A stretch of 64,000 bases of DNA from Takakia lepidozioides. Its lineage: Eukaryota > Plantae > Bryophyta. The notes under the pieces are model-generated. The model saw only the letters and a list, made by a program, of their open reading frames with translations. It ran no database searches and was not told the DNA's origin. A program made the translations under genes and the position numbers. Where the stretch lies: the NCBI GenBank assembly GCA_030704615.1, contig CM060732.1, positions 8,804,001 through 8,868,000 on the forward strand. Direction: 5' to 3'. Shown here piece after piece: positions 1 through 13,871 of this stretch (the first letter of the stretch is position 1; every line of letters begins with the position of its first letter).

Positions 1-1915
1 TGGCTATTGCCCTCCAAGAGCTCATCACCCCAAGCCACCACCCCTGAGAATACAGCCAATGTGGGCATCATGTTCCTATGATCCACCGCTACATTCCCAA
101 TAAACCTCACTAGGAGCAGTCCACGTCGACCATCCCCTGACTGCCACTCCGGCCTATAGAACGTCGTTTCTTCCAAAAAATCCCGAATAAATTCCATGGG
201 GTACAACACCGCCCCATCGACAAGCACATCATATGACATCGCGTTCGTAACAATGGCTTTGGCTCTCATGACTGAGCCATTCGTAAGATGATCTGGCTGC
301 AATCGAATGAAGAGCTCATGGCGTGTGATCTATCGCACTTTCTCTGAACCACCCAAAGATGTCCGAATTTGGAAAGGGCAAGGGTCTAAATCCACTTCTG
401 TAAGGCCAAGCCTGCAACTGTTGCTCTCCCCAACATCAATAGCTGTGCTTCCGAATCCAACAAGACTCGCAATGGACTATATCTCCTCCCAGCTGGGCCA
501 CTCAATTGAAACACTCTATGATGATTGTCCACCAGGACTACTCCAGGAGTCACCATGCTACGCTCAATGGCTGGCCTAGCTGGCAACTCATTCAGCCATG
601 GCAAGCTCACCCTCGAATACAAGGCATCCATAGACTGCATCTTATCTGTTATCCCCCGCAGATAGTGCCGATGCATCACCACTCTCACAGAGTCTAGCTA
701 CTAGTCTGAACACAGCAGCTGGCCGAATCCCCGACATTGCAATGGTCATTGCAGAAAACAATGGAGCTTGCACTTCTTGAGGGGCATGCCTGCTGAGGTC
801 AAGGCCTGGGGACAGAGGTGTACTTTCAGAGACAGTGATGAGATGTTGCCTGAATTCTCTTTCTAGTTACTACATCAGAAATATTTTCAGTAGCTGCAGC
901 TCTCAAGTCTAAGAAATACTGCCAAATAGATTCTCCCTCTTTGTAAGGCCTATCACATAATTTGTCAAAACTGTCCAAAGGCTTCTCTGCAGGTTTGAAA
1001 ATCATAAAAACCTTCTCCCAAGTCAGATCAGGCTCCGCACTCAAGGCCACATGAAGAAGGTCACTGGCTTCCCCTTCGCATGCTCATGCAAAAGGTTCCC
1101 ATTTTAACTTCTTCAGAAGCCTTGTTCATGTTGGCACTAATTTCAAATAGCTCCAGAAAATTTTCAATTTTCTTTCCCATGTGGTATTCAGGTTATGGGT
1201 GAGTGACAACCTGAGCAACATTTCATATTTGACCAGCATTCATGTTATGATGGGAACCCACAAGCTGAACATCATAATTTTCAAAATCTGACCTTTTAAT
1301 TCTCCCATCATGTATTGTCATTTTCCCCATGGCACGGAAGAGACATGGCAGTACAATGGGTTGAGTGGACCAAGACTGAGGGGCCAGCTGCCCCTTGGTG
1401 AGCACTTGGCTACACACAGGGTCAGGCCATGTCGACTCTCTATCTACACTCAAGAAATGAGGGGTGTGGGGAGTGTACCTTGGAACACCCCACAAACCAG
1501 AATTACTAGTCATGGAAGCAGTTCGTGAATCCCCAACAACTGTGGCCATGAGAATTGAATGGTCTGGCAGCCCTGCAGGTAATTCCCCCATTTGGCTCGG
1601 TCTACTCATCTCCTGAGTACTGACCGTAGTGGCATATAGGTTGTTCCTGGTAGCAGCTGTATTTCCCACAAACCCACGAGGCCTATTTCCTACAAAGGGC
1701 TGATCAACAGCAGCAGGTACAGTGCCATGCACGTTCATGCTTCCCGTAACATTAGTACGAGAATTGCTGAGCCCTTCCTCCATGGAGACCAAATCAGCCT
1801 CCTCAAACACTCTACTCCTATGCATGACGACTGGAGATAACATGGGAGCAGAGACAAGTCCAGAAATCCTATTTCTACCATATCGTAACCAGTGTCCAGG
1901 GGGCGAACTTGACAT
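1..1915 (-). mobile_element. Degenerate Ty3/gypsy-like gag-aspartic protease remnant (runs off the window edge)
   Basis: Gag-like segments (KKIENFLELFEISAN near 1130-1180; RPYKEGESIWQYFLDLR in ORF 826-1050). Retropepsin-like RVLLDSEAQLLMLG (degenerate DSGA) in ORF 386-688, followed by YDVLVDGAVLYP near 200-235. Several stops and frameshifts. Confidence 0.6.
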
Positions 1916-2239
1916 GGAAAGGTCAGAGAGTACCTTTACAACTCCTCCACTTCCACCCCACCGGCACACTACCAAGCTTGGGACGAAACGATTCACAAAA
2001 GGCTTGTGGGTGAGCTGGTCGTGTTCAAAGACGGCCAACCAATTCCACCCCCTTGAATTTTTGAACCAGAAACCCACACACAGAGTACGATTCGACCCTA
2101 AAAAACGATTTCCTTTCCAAGTCCGAGATAACACGGTGTTGTCTGGTCAGTGCCCAATCAAGTCAAAAACCCTCAATTTCCGAATTGTGCGTAGGGAAAA
2201 CTGTTCATGAGGCAGAATAACCAAGTCGCCCTGGTATGC

Positions 2240-4218
2240 TCATTCACTGGTGCCCGTGGGGGCTTCAAGTAAATCACGAGAAGATGGAGTGAACACGGCG
2301 AAGGCACCAAATCTTAGCAGCCGTAAAAGCACAGAACCCACGCCACTAGTAAACAATATTGCCAAGAGCCAAGGATCCAACAAATCGCAGGAAACAAAAG
2401 GGACAGGCAGTGAATGAATGGAGATCGCCTCACAGAGACCCAGCTGTCTCAGCTCAATGCCCTCAAAACTCAGACCCCGACGCTTGAGTTCAGTGATGTG
2501 TAGCTTGAACAATCTCTTGAGCTTAAGTTCTTCCTCAATCACACGGTGAACCTCATGAACAAGAGATGCAGGGTCACTGATCCAACACGAAATTCGTTCT
2601 TTCTCGGCGAGAGAGAATTTGGAAATGTCAGCGAAAAATCAGGTCTCAAATCTATCATACCATTCCAAATCCTCACAAGTGAGTTCAAGCTGCTCGTTTT
2701 CAAAGGCAATGGACTCCTCTATCTGTGAATTCACATCAGCAAGGTCATTCGGCCAGCAATACTTAGGTGGTTCATACCTAGTGTAGTCGTACTTATCTGG
2801 ATCGCCGCTAGGGAGAGCCAGAGCTGGGAGAGCTGCGTGCAGAGTACAGAGCCTGCTCCTCCTCTGCCCTAAGTAACTCGGCGTAATCCAAGCTCGACGA
2901 AGCAGCTCGACCGTTCGTAACTGCAGGAACACCCGAAACACACGAAAGCCCTTGTACCACTGGTGCCTCAGACACAGGGAGCCCCTGCGCCACTTGCGAA
3001 TTAGGTGCAGGCATAGGAAAACCCACGACAAGTTGGTTATATCAACAATGGAATTCGAATAAGTCAAAGTAACTCAAAGCTCAAGCTTTATTAACACAGA
3101 GCCACCCTCTCTCTCACTGCTCAAGTCACAAAGCACCACTGAAGCCATTGCACAGGAAGGTAAAAGGATAATGCAAGCAAAGTAGAGAATCAGAGAGTGA
3201 TAGAATCGCCGCCAAAAGGTCTCTGATTTTCCTGAGAAGCAGGTCAACTTCCTTCCCTTCCCGCAAAGCATGGACATCATGCTCCTTGACCCAAGAACTT
3301 AAAAACCCAGCTGTCCCAGCAGAAAGCAGAAGATTAGGCACATCATCATGGATGACATAGATGAGCGGAGTGACCACAATCGAAGCCCTTTTGCGCCTTT
3401 CTCCAATTTCGGAGGGCTAGTTCGATAATGGTAAGTTAGAAACGGAGCACAAGGAGAGAGAGTTGTGAGCAAAGAAAGAGAGTCTTCATGATGAGAATCA
3501 TCAATAGCCAAGAAGGGGAAGGAGGAATGAGAAACCGGAGCATCAATTATACGCAGGGTATGAGGAAGCAAAACCAGTTGACGGGTGTTCTCCATAAGGT
3601 GAGTCGGGGGAACAAGGGGGACGAAGGAGGAGTCGTTGAAGTGCCTGCTTTGAGGAGAGGGGAGTCCGTTTTGGATTTTTTATAGGAGTGCAGAGTAGAA
3701 ACACGAGGACCCCTGATGACATTGTTGACGAGATAAGAAGGGAGGAGTTTGCAGCCGAGTACAGCGGGGAATTGAGGGGTGCTGGAGAAGAGTGCTGGAT
3801 GGGGCCCCTTGGAGGGACCGAGAAGAACCTAAGTCATCAAGTTCACTAGCAGACTTAGGCTGCTTCGTACGTGGGCAGTCTGCCTTGACATATCCCTCCC
3901 CATTACACAGGAAATAGATGACCGTGAGAATATCTTCATGAACAGAGACAACCATGTAAGAACCATCAAGAGTGGGGGGCTTAATTGAGTCCCCAATCCA
4001 CGCATCCTCAAGCATCATAACAACAATATATTAGGGACTCCATTATTTTTGCCATGGTCAAAAAGCCCTGCTTCAGAATCCACACTGTAAACTGTGTTCT
4101 CTTTAGGTTCGTAAATGTTGATACTATCAATATACGAGCCAAAGTGCGGACCTATCTTAGGAAGGGATCTGAGATACTTGCTGGGGAGAAAAGTCGCGCA
4201 ATCATTCGTGGCCTGCAA
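2240..4218 (-). pseudogene. Degenerate TE ORF with a CCHC-like zinc knuckle, possibly LINE ORF1
   Basis: Chain of broken minus-strand ORFs. YFLCNGEGYVKADCP resembles a decayed CxxCxxxGHxxxxCP knuckle and is followed by Ser/Pro-rich sequence. No RT seen. Confidence 0.35.
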
Positions 4219-5798
4219 GTGACACCTTGCTTGTGACCCCAGTCTGGGGTCAAGGGAAGATATTGACCCTAGCTTTAGTTTTAGAAGGATTATAGCTAAG
4301 GCCTTGATAGCATCTTCCTAGAGACACAAAATAAACAAAGAATAAACCCCTTCCCATGGCATTGCAAATATGACGTTTCAGTCCACCTTACGCAGCAAGG
4401 TGCTCGATTATCCAATTACAAGCCCGCACAGGCTACCCTAGAGGTCGTACTTGGGCCTCGACATAGGAGATGCACTGGGATACATAGGAGATCTTGCACT
4501 TGGGCGTCTATGTTCGCAGAGAGCGGAGAAAGAGAAGGTGGACCAATGCCTAGAATCGAATAACTATCCGCATTGCCCCACGACGACTAGACCAGTTACG
4601 CGCGCGATTAGAGAAACCAAAGCGCTTTCTACGGGAGGGGATCTCCTCTATAGACATGACAATAGAAAGCAAGCAGACTCAAGGACAGAAAAGAAGGCCA
4701 CAAAAGACCCGAGTGGAAAGATGGATGGAGAGGAGAGAGAGAGAGAGGGAAACTTACTCTTCTAGAAAGAGAAGTTGCCGTCACTCGAAAAGTCACTAAA
4801 GAGAGGCGATCGATGCCCTGTAAGATAGTCAATGGGTAGCCGCAACTTTCTCCCCAAGAATGCGCCAATGTCAGGAAAGAGATCTAGCCAAGGCGCAGAT
4901 CATAAGGGAGAACTAAGAGGAGAAAGCTGTTTTTCGGACTGTCCTGCATTGGTTTCCCTCTCTAACAATGGCGGCGCCATGACAGCGACACGCGTGTTTG
5001 TGTCCCTCACAGTTTGTGCTGGCTCCCTGCATGCTGCTTTGGCTTTACTCCTCTTCTCCTTCTGCTGTCATGAGATGACACTTCTCTCCCTCCGCTCTCC
5101 CTCCTCTTTCACTGCATTGCACTTGTGGACAAGCTGGGTGGATTCCCCATGCTTCACAATCAAAGGCAGCTGAAGAAGGCATTGATGCCTCCTCCCTCTT
5201 CCCCCCAAATTCTTCCTAAGTCCTACAACCAAAGTGCGGACAGCGCGGAGCTACACCACTTCAAAAGTTCATAGTTGAAGTGTACCTTTTTCCATTTGTG
5301 ATACAAATTCAAACCCCAGCTCTACATGACATAACAATGTCTTCTGAAGAGTTTTTTGTGTCATGCAATGATAGATGGGAAAAATATTTGTGACATAAGG
5401 CCTTCAAATTAACGGGCCCAGAGATCCTGCAGCACAGGAACTTATAAGTAACAGCCATATAACAAACAAAAAAGAAAACTAGACAAAGAAAAAGGGGGCC
5501 AATCCAGCTGGCTGGGAGAAGACAATGCTGGGAGGGGGCCTCTGATAGAAGCCACCATTGATGAGCAAGGACACCTAAACCTTGACAAAAAATGGAGGAC
5601 TGTCAAGGTGTCAACAAAGAGCGAGAGGGAGGCAATTTGACCAGGCGCCAACATTACATGAAGCCTGGAGAAATTATGATTAAAATTCGTTTCGCTTTAC
5701 TGTTAATCTTTTGGAACTGAGAAGGTCATTTGCATGAACTACATTTTCTGAACAGTGAACTAATTGATGAGTAGAGAACCATTGCCCATTAAACTGTC

Positions 5799-8700
5799 TC
5801 AAAGAATCTCAAGGGTCAAATCATCTTGTTCAGGGACTCTGTCTGGTTGGGATGTAAGCTGACGTAAATTGTACTTTGCCAATTCCTTGAAGTCTCGAAC
5901 CACTCCCAAGGCACAGGTTGTCTGTCAGACATAAACCCCACATCCTTCAGCTTTACAAGATACTTTAAAAAATGAGATACTGCAAATAGAAAATGAGGAA
6001 AGAGAGGAAGACTGCACCGAGGTGAGTCACAGCACCAACAATCTACAAGACAGACAGTTTGACCCACCTAGATTTTGGTATAGGCAAGACTCCCTGTTCA
6101 AATGTAGCTGAGCCAAATTACGCTAAACTCATGACAGCAGACAATGTGATGTCTGAGACATTTTCCAAACCAGTCGTGGACAGATAGTGACACTACCAAC
6201 AGTTGTTGCACATGAAGAACTAAATTATAGCTAATAAGCCCAGCACTATGTGCATGGTCAAGCCTTAGGCGACGATTGTGTGGCTCAGAGTCCACAAATC
6301 ACAACATTCCTTTGTTTGTCATACATAGTCAAATCACAGAGACTTTGACAGCTTAGGTCAAGGACCACACCTTCACTATTTGAACAAGAATTGTCTTGTC
6401 GGGAGTCTTTAGATCAACAGTGTGGGGCTTAGGGACTAGCTTGGCCACTGCATCTATGAGCTCCTTCTTCTCCACAGTGGTATTTGCTCGAGCCTCACAC
6501 ACCACTGCAAACTGCAGATTCAAATCCACTTTTCAGTGACACTTGTTTGGATTTCACCCTTAATCACAAGTGCACAAAATTTGCTAGGTTTGAGTCATGA
6601 ACTCCTAGGAGACATTCCCCTTATGGCCTATTTGCACAGATTAAGAGAGTTGGAAGTTGAGTATCAGGTGCACAGTGATACTGAGGTCGAAGGTAAGATA
6701 GCTTGTCGGGACAAATCATGTCAGCTCCCTTTGTATTTCTTCATATGTGTAAGTTGAAGTTAGAACTAATAGGTGTAGGGTGAATAGGCATCAGTGTGCT
6801 GCTTAGGCTTTTTGAATTGTCATGCACTGAAAGGAGAAGCAGCAGGCAGAGAGCAGATCAAACCTTGAAAGATGAGCAGCCTTGTCCTGTTGGAAAGTGA
6901 CGGGCCACTATAGGCTTTGCAGCTCTTCCCACCTCTGCTGCTGATGCATAGCATGTGTCCTCCACCGGCAGCAAGCGCATACTGTACCTGCATCCCAACA
7001 GCATCTTTCCGCCGTCGTTGGCTCAAGAGTCTTTACTATCAAGCTGATTTGACCACTCACTTTATCCTCCACCTAGGTCTGCTGTCCACCGTGGGCTAAA
7101 CCTGTTTGGCATCAATCAAATTTTAGGTGCTGCAGGCTAGAACTTCTCCGGTTGACAGCCTTCCTGTCTGTAATTTGGACAAACACGGATAAGAAATGAG
7201 TCCTTTCCAACACAAAGGGCAGTGCACTTCAGCATTAAACTCTAGTGTGCCAAACAACCACTTCCTGCATGTCAGATGTGATGGGGCCCATGGCCAGAAT
7301 GTTGAAAGCCAACCAATCGATGCCTTTGGCTGTCACTCCAACTCTCAATCCATCAGACATTGAATCTGCTGATGCCATGTCAGCACATGCCAATGTTCTA
7401 TACTATATTTTGCATACCCATGACAGACAATCTTGCTGTGATGCCTCTTTGGCAAAGTTTCAAACAAACCTTGTTCTTGACTTCTTTGACATTGCTGTGC
7501 TGCGGACAATGGCCTCCACAAAATCCATAGGACCCTTGTCTTCCACTACACCAGTGTTGTTCTTTGGCATGTGCACAAACACCACACCATGACACCCTGT
7601 TTCAAATCCTGCAAAGCGAGCCTGCACATTTTCTTCCCGTCACCCACCATCTCAGTAAGTTGGCAAAGGGTTGAGTACTCTAAATGAAGCAGCTTCCTCC
7701 TCCACTTAGGCATATTGTCTAACAAACTTCACAAACACAAAGCACAACCTGGTCAGATAAACGTTCAACTTCATCAACCAACCAGTCCCTTCCATATAGA
7801 AATGTGTTCAAGATTGCAGAAGGAACACAACAAGCAATTCTTGAATCTACAGGAGAAAGAATGATCCTGATAGTATAGCTGTCTTACATCTCCTTCTTGG
7901 CCACTGAGCAAAGGCAGGCTAATCTATCATGATACCCACCTTCTTTGGGTCACGAAGCTCATTCATTTCTGCAGCAAGAAGTTCATCAATGCCTCCCCCT
8001 CTGCTGCTCTCTACCCGCGAAATAGTAGTCACAGGAACTCTGTCAGTCTCAGTTGAGTGGGTTGACTTAATTTGCTTCTTGCGTGTCCCATCCTCCCTCT
8101 CCTCATCATCCTCATCATCATCAGGGTGCTCAGCGGCTTCAATGTCGACAGTGCAGTCCTCTGTTGTAGCAATGCCATCACCACCTTCATTTGCTTGGTC
8201 CTGAATCTGTTCCTCAGGTCGAATAAAATCCCCATTCTTCACGGCATCCATTGTAACTATGGCCTTCGTTAGATCTTCTGAATGCATGGGAGCAGTAGAG
8301 GAGGCAGCCAGCCCATTGCTCTCCAATGGAAAATGAGGTTGTGCAGGGCTTTCAAAAAACTGCAGCCACCAACTCCTGCTTTAGTGCGGGTTACTCAGCT
8401 AGGATCAATGGCGCATGCAGTCTTAATGTGGGCACTAGGGCAGAGGTGCGTGAGATTCACCAAAAACAGCCTAATAGGGAAGGATCCCTCGATACTGAGG
8501 TTTGTAACGACATTGACAGTACGGTTCCCAAGAAGCAACACGGTCTCCCCAGCCAGCATGCAGCCCTTAACGGTATGCCACACACAAAAGAAACCATCGC
8601 AGGCTTATTGAAGAGGGAAAATGGCAGGACTGCGAGGGTTAGGGATTGCCTCATCCAGAACATTGATGATCTCCTTTATGCTGGAACGCTCCTTCCCACC

Positions 8701-8948
8701 AACACAGGTGATCAAAAACCCCCGCAGACCATGCGAAATGACCGCCTTTCTCTGATTCTGCACAAGGATAACTGCTCAGGAGGACATTACGGCAATCCAG
8801 CGATTGTCCATCTATGTACACAAGGATAAATCCTGTATCGTGAATAAAAGTGAGTGAAGGCAAGGGAACATACATGCGGAAGATATTTGGCACGACGCCG
8901 CTTCCTATCACTGCCACCCGTGCTCTCATTGCCCCGGTCTGAAGGCAT
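5799..8948 (-). CDS. THUMPD1: THUMP domain-containing protein 1 homolog (Tan1/THUMPD1-like tRNA ac4C adaptor), 7 exons
   Basis: Spliced by hand: exons 8948-8874, ~8758-8650, 8359-7940, 7621-7470, 6987-6864, 6511-6371, 5921-5799. Motifs: RKRRRAKYLPH, GLRGFLITCVGGKER, ETGCHGVVFV, MRLLPVEDTCYAS, FAVVCEARAN, HTVDLKTPDKTILVQIVK, FKELAKYNLRQL. Confidence 0.9.
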
Positions 8949-9386
8949 GGCGCTGCCTGCTTTAGACCTCAAGCTCCCAGATTATCGCCACAGATCAACC
9001 AACCCACTCCTCCAAACACGTAGAGAAAAAAATTCTGGGAGCACGGCGAGAGCACATGTACATACAGAGATGGAAATCGAAGAGAAGCCGCTGCTCTGCA
9101 TCCCTCTCGTGAGATCTTTGAAATTCAGGACCGCGGTTGTCGAGGTCTAGGCTTCACCTACAGCAGCGGGTCGCCCATGACCGCTTCAACCGGATCATGA
9201 CGGCGATGGATAGAGGCGACTGTTAGTCATGGATTCTCTGTCCGATTGTTTCTTGTAAACATGGATGAGAGAGTAGAGTGTCAGATCGTCATTACGATGT
9301 TACCGGATACTCCTCCGCGGCGGATGGAGAGCAGCCGGCGGTGGGTGCAGGGTTTTAGCAGAGGAGCACCCATCTGCGAGTGCGCG

Positions 9387-12300
9387 ATGGCTATGGCGCT
9401 GTGGTGTTCCCACCGCGCCGGCCTGCCTGCATTTGCCACTAGTCCTCCCCCGTACGCTCATGCCCAGCACGACCGTGCCTGCCAGCTTCAGCTTCAGCAG
9501 CAGACTCGCCACCAAGCCGTCGCTCTCGGGGCAGTGGAGAATTTCACAACAGGCAACTGCGTAAGTCATCGCTGTTTTTCTGTTACAGCTGGTTTTGCGG
9601 ACTTTGCAGGTGTTTGTCAGAAGGGAGCAGGGCGCTTGGTGCAGTGTGGGGCTGGTCCAAGAAATACACAGGATTTTGATGACTTCATTGATCCTGCAAG
9701 AGCGGAGCCTTTGGAGGTGGATGACGAGGACGAGGAAGACCTTACCAAATTTGACAGAGTTGTGAGAGAGGCTAAGCGTGTGCGCAAGCAGCAGGAGGAG
9801 GACTACAAACGGACAAAACCCATATTTATGAGGGCCGTTGGCCTCGATCCAGATGGGGAACAAGCTGATGGAGAGGAAGGTGGTCAGGATGAGGATGATG
9901 AATTTTCCTTGATAACACAGGCCGTTGCTGATAAAAAGAAACAAGCACGAGCTGCACGGAAATCCGACGCTGGAACAGTACCCAAGCCCGCTGCAACCTC
10001 GGCCAAGTATTTGAAAGCTGATGATGAAGGTGTTGGGCCAACATTGGCCGGGGATGAGGATACAGCGGCTGCATTTGAGGATGAAATTGAGGAGGAGGTG
10101 GGGTTGGAGGAGGGAGAGAACGATGATGAAGAAACTGTCGATGCATCCATTGAAGACCATGCTTTCGACATCGAGGATGCAGATGAGGAAGAGGTGAGAG
10201 AGCCCAGTTACAGGATGACCCTTGGTGAGCTCCTGGACGAAGCACGCGTAACCCCGATCTCTGTTGAAGGTGATCTCGACGTGGAGATAACAGGCGTTCA
10301 ACATGACTCGCGGCAGGTGAGCCCTGGCGACATGTTTGTTTGTTGTAAGGGCTTGTCTGCAGATGGCCATGCGTTCTGCTCTCAGGCAATGGAGAGAGGA
10401 GCCGTGGTAGTAGTGGCCAGCAACGAGGTGGCTGTGGGCGACGGTTTGAAGGCCGTGGTCGTGGTGGAGGATACCACTGAAATTCTGTCAGCGCTTGCAG
10501 GGGCCTTTTATGGGCATCCCTCACGGAGCCTGGCTGTTGTTGGGATTACTGGCACGAACGGGAAGACTACGACGTCTTACCTTTTGCGTAGCATGTATGA
10601 GGCGATGGGGCTCCGCACTGGGCTGCTGGGCACCATCAATTACTTTATCAACAGCAAGAAGAAACTGGAAGCTCCGAATACTACCCCTGATGCGGTCTAT
10701 CTGCAGAAGCTGATGGCAAGCATGGTGCACAATGGGACTGATTCATGCATCATGGAAGTGTCTTCGCACGCCATGGTGCTCGAACGCTGCAAAGAAATTG
10801 ATTTTGACATTGCTGTGTTCACCAACCTAACCCGGGACCATATGGACTTTCATGAGACAGAAGAAGACTACAAAGCAGCGAAAGGGAAGCTGTTTGCAAA
10901 AATGGTGGACCCTGAGCGTCATCGAAAAGTGGTGAACATCGATGATCCACATGCTCAGTACTTTGTTGCTCAGGGTAACTCGGCGGTGCCTGTTGTAACC
11001 TTTGGCATGGACAACATGGAGGCAGACGTCTATCCCTTGGAGGTTCAGCTGTCTCTGTTTGAGACACAGTTGTTGGTTAGGACACCCAAGGGCAATGTGG
11101 AGATATCATCTGGGCTGCTGGGCCGGCACAATGTGTTCAACATTCTGGCTGCTGTGGCTGTTGGTCAGCATCTCTAGTTCTCGATGTTGTTATGGATTGT
11201 AATTAGTTTACATTAGATACTTCTGAGCCACTACGGAGGTTGCATTGGCTTCTATGAGCGGGCTCATGCTTAGCAGGCATCTTGGCAATGCCAACATGAG
11301 GCTGAGTGACCAAGTCTGACATCTTTATGAACTATGAATTCACACAAACCTAGATGTTGTATCCATCCACAGATTGAAAGTGGGCCCTTAATACTCGAGT
11401 GCTTGTGAACAGGTGTTAATGCTTAAAAGAGTAGAAAATTGGTGGGGGTAGGTGTGGCGGCGGAGGCTCCTTTGGAGGACATAGTCGGGGGTATTGAGGA
11501 GGTGGATGCGGTCCCAGGGCGGTGTGAGCTGATTGATGAGGAACAGGCATTTGCAGTGATTGTGGACTATGCACATTCACCTGATGCACTGTCCCGGCTT
11601 CTTGACACTGTCCGTGAGTGTGGCCCACGGCGAGTCATCACTGGTACTGCGTTCACTTTGTGCTGCAGTTCTGCCTTGGATTTCAATTTCGAATCATGGC
11701 CCAGTCAGTCTATGATAGTAATGGGTCAACTCTCGTCTCAGGGAGTTGTGAGTAGCCATTGAATGGTGGAGCTAGAGGTAAGAGTAGTTCATCAAGGTTG
11801 GGTAAAGAAACCAACTCACTGGATCAATTTTAATGTTTCATCCAAGACTGATCGTAGGTTTCTTAAACTGTGGGATACACTTGAGGATGGCTGAAGTTTT
11901 CTCCATTTTCACACTGCTTTTCTGTTTTCTGTTATTGTAAAAAAACTTCCAACTCCTACTTTTGTGCCATCCTTCTGGAAAGATGGAAGGAGCATGTAGG
12001 TTTGCTGTAGAATTGACGCACACTATATATATATATATATATAATCATTCCCATGGGATATGGTCCGTCTTACCTTCAATTGGTGACCTTCAAAATATAA
12101 GCCCGCCTGGAGTTCTCCTAGGCTGTTACAAGATATGTTATTGTCATGCCACAGTCGCCATCTAGAGTTGTCAGGAGCAGGTAGCCACTAAATAGGACTG
12201 CAGTGGTGGGATGTGGAGGAGACCGGGATAGAGGGAAGCGACCAATCATGGCCAAGATTGCAACAGATAAGAGCGATGTCTGCATTTTCACCTCCGACAA

Positions 12301-13871
12301 TCCCAGAAATGAAGATCCCTGTAAGCCCCCTTGTATTTTATGAGGAGATAAAAGTTCCTACCATATTTATCTACACCGTTAGACACGCCATGTGGTAGTT
12401 TCGTTATCCTACAGTGTGGTTAATTAGGTTATGTTACAGTGCGTATGCACAATATGTTACTGGGGTGCACTCTTGGGAGTTCCTGTGAAAGGCTCAGTAT
12501 CTGGGTGTCCTGTAGAAATGGAGGGGAGATGCTTCAAAGGGCTGCCAAGATTGTACTTGACTTGTGGAGCATAATGGGTGGCTGTAGCTAGGGCCTGTGC
12601 ATGCCTTTGTACTTAGGTAGATGGAACTAGCTTGGAATTTGTTGAAAGAGTCAGTGGGGCATGTAGTGATGCTATTGTAGTTAAGTAAAGGGGGATATTT
12701 GCCCCCCTGGATTCCACTCCTGAATAGCCCCTCCACTCTGCATGTCCTACTTGCTTGGATTGGCTTTCCCCCACAATGCCACTATTTGAGTCTTGTATGC
12801 TACGATACAGTCTGCATCATTTATCTCTGGCCGTGGTTTCGAGGTTGATCCAAACGGAGTTTTGTTTGCTCCTTCTCTTGTTTCCATTCCAGTTTATACT
12901 CGTACATTCTCTATCCGTGTGTTTTGTGAAGTCTCGGGCCGGATAAATCCGGTGCCACTTGATCAGCTTCACCACTATATTATAACCTTCAGATGGCTCC
13001 TAAACGCACTCTTTAAAGAGCTGCAATTTGATCCTGGTCATTGCGAGAGCCCTTGTTGTTGAAAGAGGATCCTTAGAAGTTTGGGACATGATATTTGCAA
13101 CACAGCTATAAATTATTTGTCCTGTTGCCATGGTGATTATTTTGTTGTGGCAGTGGACATACTGGATGATATGTTATCTGGGGTGGGCTGGTCCATGGAG
13201 GAGTATTTGAAGTGGGGCGAGGAAGACTACTATCCACCCCTTCCTAACGGTCATCGCCTCTTTGTGTATGATATTCGCACCATAGCTGTGCGGGCAGCTG
13301 TGGCTATGGGGGAGGAAGGCGATGCTGTAGTGAGCGACCACAAGCTTTTCAAGCTTTTCTGGTTTCTATTGCGCAACAATTTCATAACATGCATCCTATC
13401 TGCCCACCTAGTCACTAGACCTTGCTTGCTGATTACCCCTGGGGGCTGTAGTACACGGCACTTCAACTAGCAGAAATATGGCATGCAGGTAGTGGCTGGC
13501 AAAGGACATGAGACTCATCAGATTGTTGGCAAAACCAAGGAGTACTTCGATGATAGGGAGGAGTGTAGGGAGGCTCTGCAGCATGTCGATGCTCTTCATG
13601 CTGCTGGTGTTGACACTAGTGAGTTTCCCTGGAGGTATTGTGTGATATATTTCCTCCTCAACTCCTTGGGTTCTCATCGCATGTTTTCATGGTTTTGAGC
13701 CTTCCACAACCCCCTGTAAATTACAACACATTAAACTTCCTTTTTTGGGTGTACTGAGGTATTTAAGTCTGTTTCTCTAATGCTGGACTTGTTACAAGAT
13801 GTTTATGGAGATACTGCAGGCTTCAAGTGACAGAAAGCAAGCTTTGTCATTGCAGAGTTCCAGAAAGTTGA
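9387..13871 (+). CDS. MurE: Plastid MurE homolog (Mur ligase fold; long acidic N-terminus, MurE2/PAP11 type), 6 exons
   Basis: Exons 9387(start uncertain)-11163, 11452-11643, 12204-12320, 13154-13329, 13489-13634, 13856-13871 with GT-AG borders. Motifs: [98 protein letters not shown]. Confidence 0.93.
12025..12043. repeat. (TA)n microsatellite in MurE intron
   Basis: tatatatatatatatata run. Confidence 0.8.

Noticed and set aside
9300-10524. Long antisense ORFs (356 aa and 232 aa)
   Set aside because: They are shadows of the MurE coding strand and have no motifs.
9246-11177. MurE as bacterial contamination or recent horizontal transfer
   Set aside because: It has spliceosomal introns, a transit-like extension and a plant-type C-terminus, and sits among plant genes.
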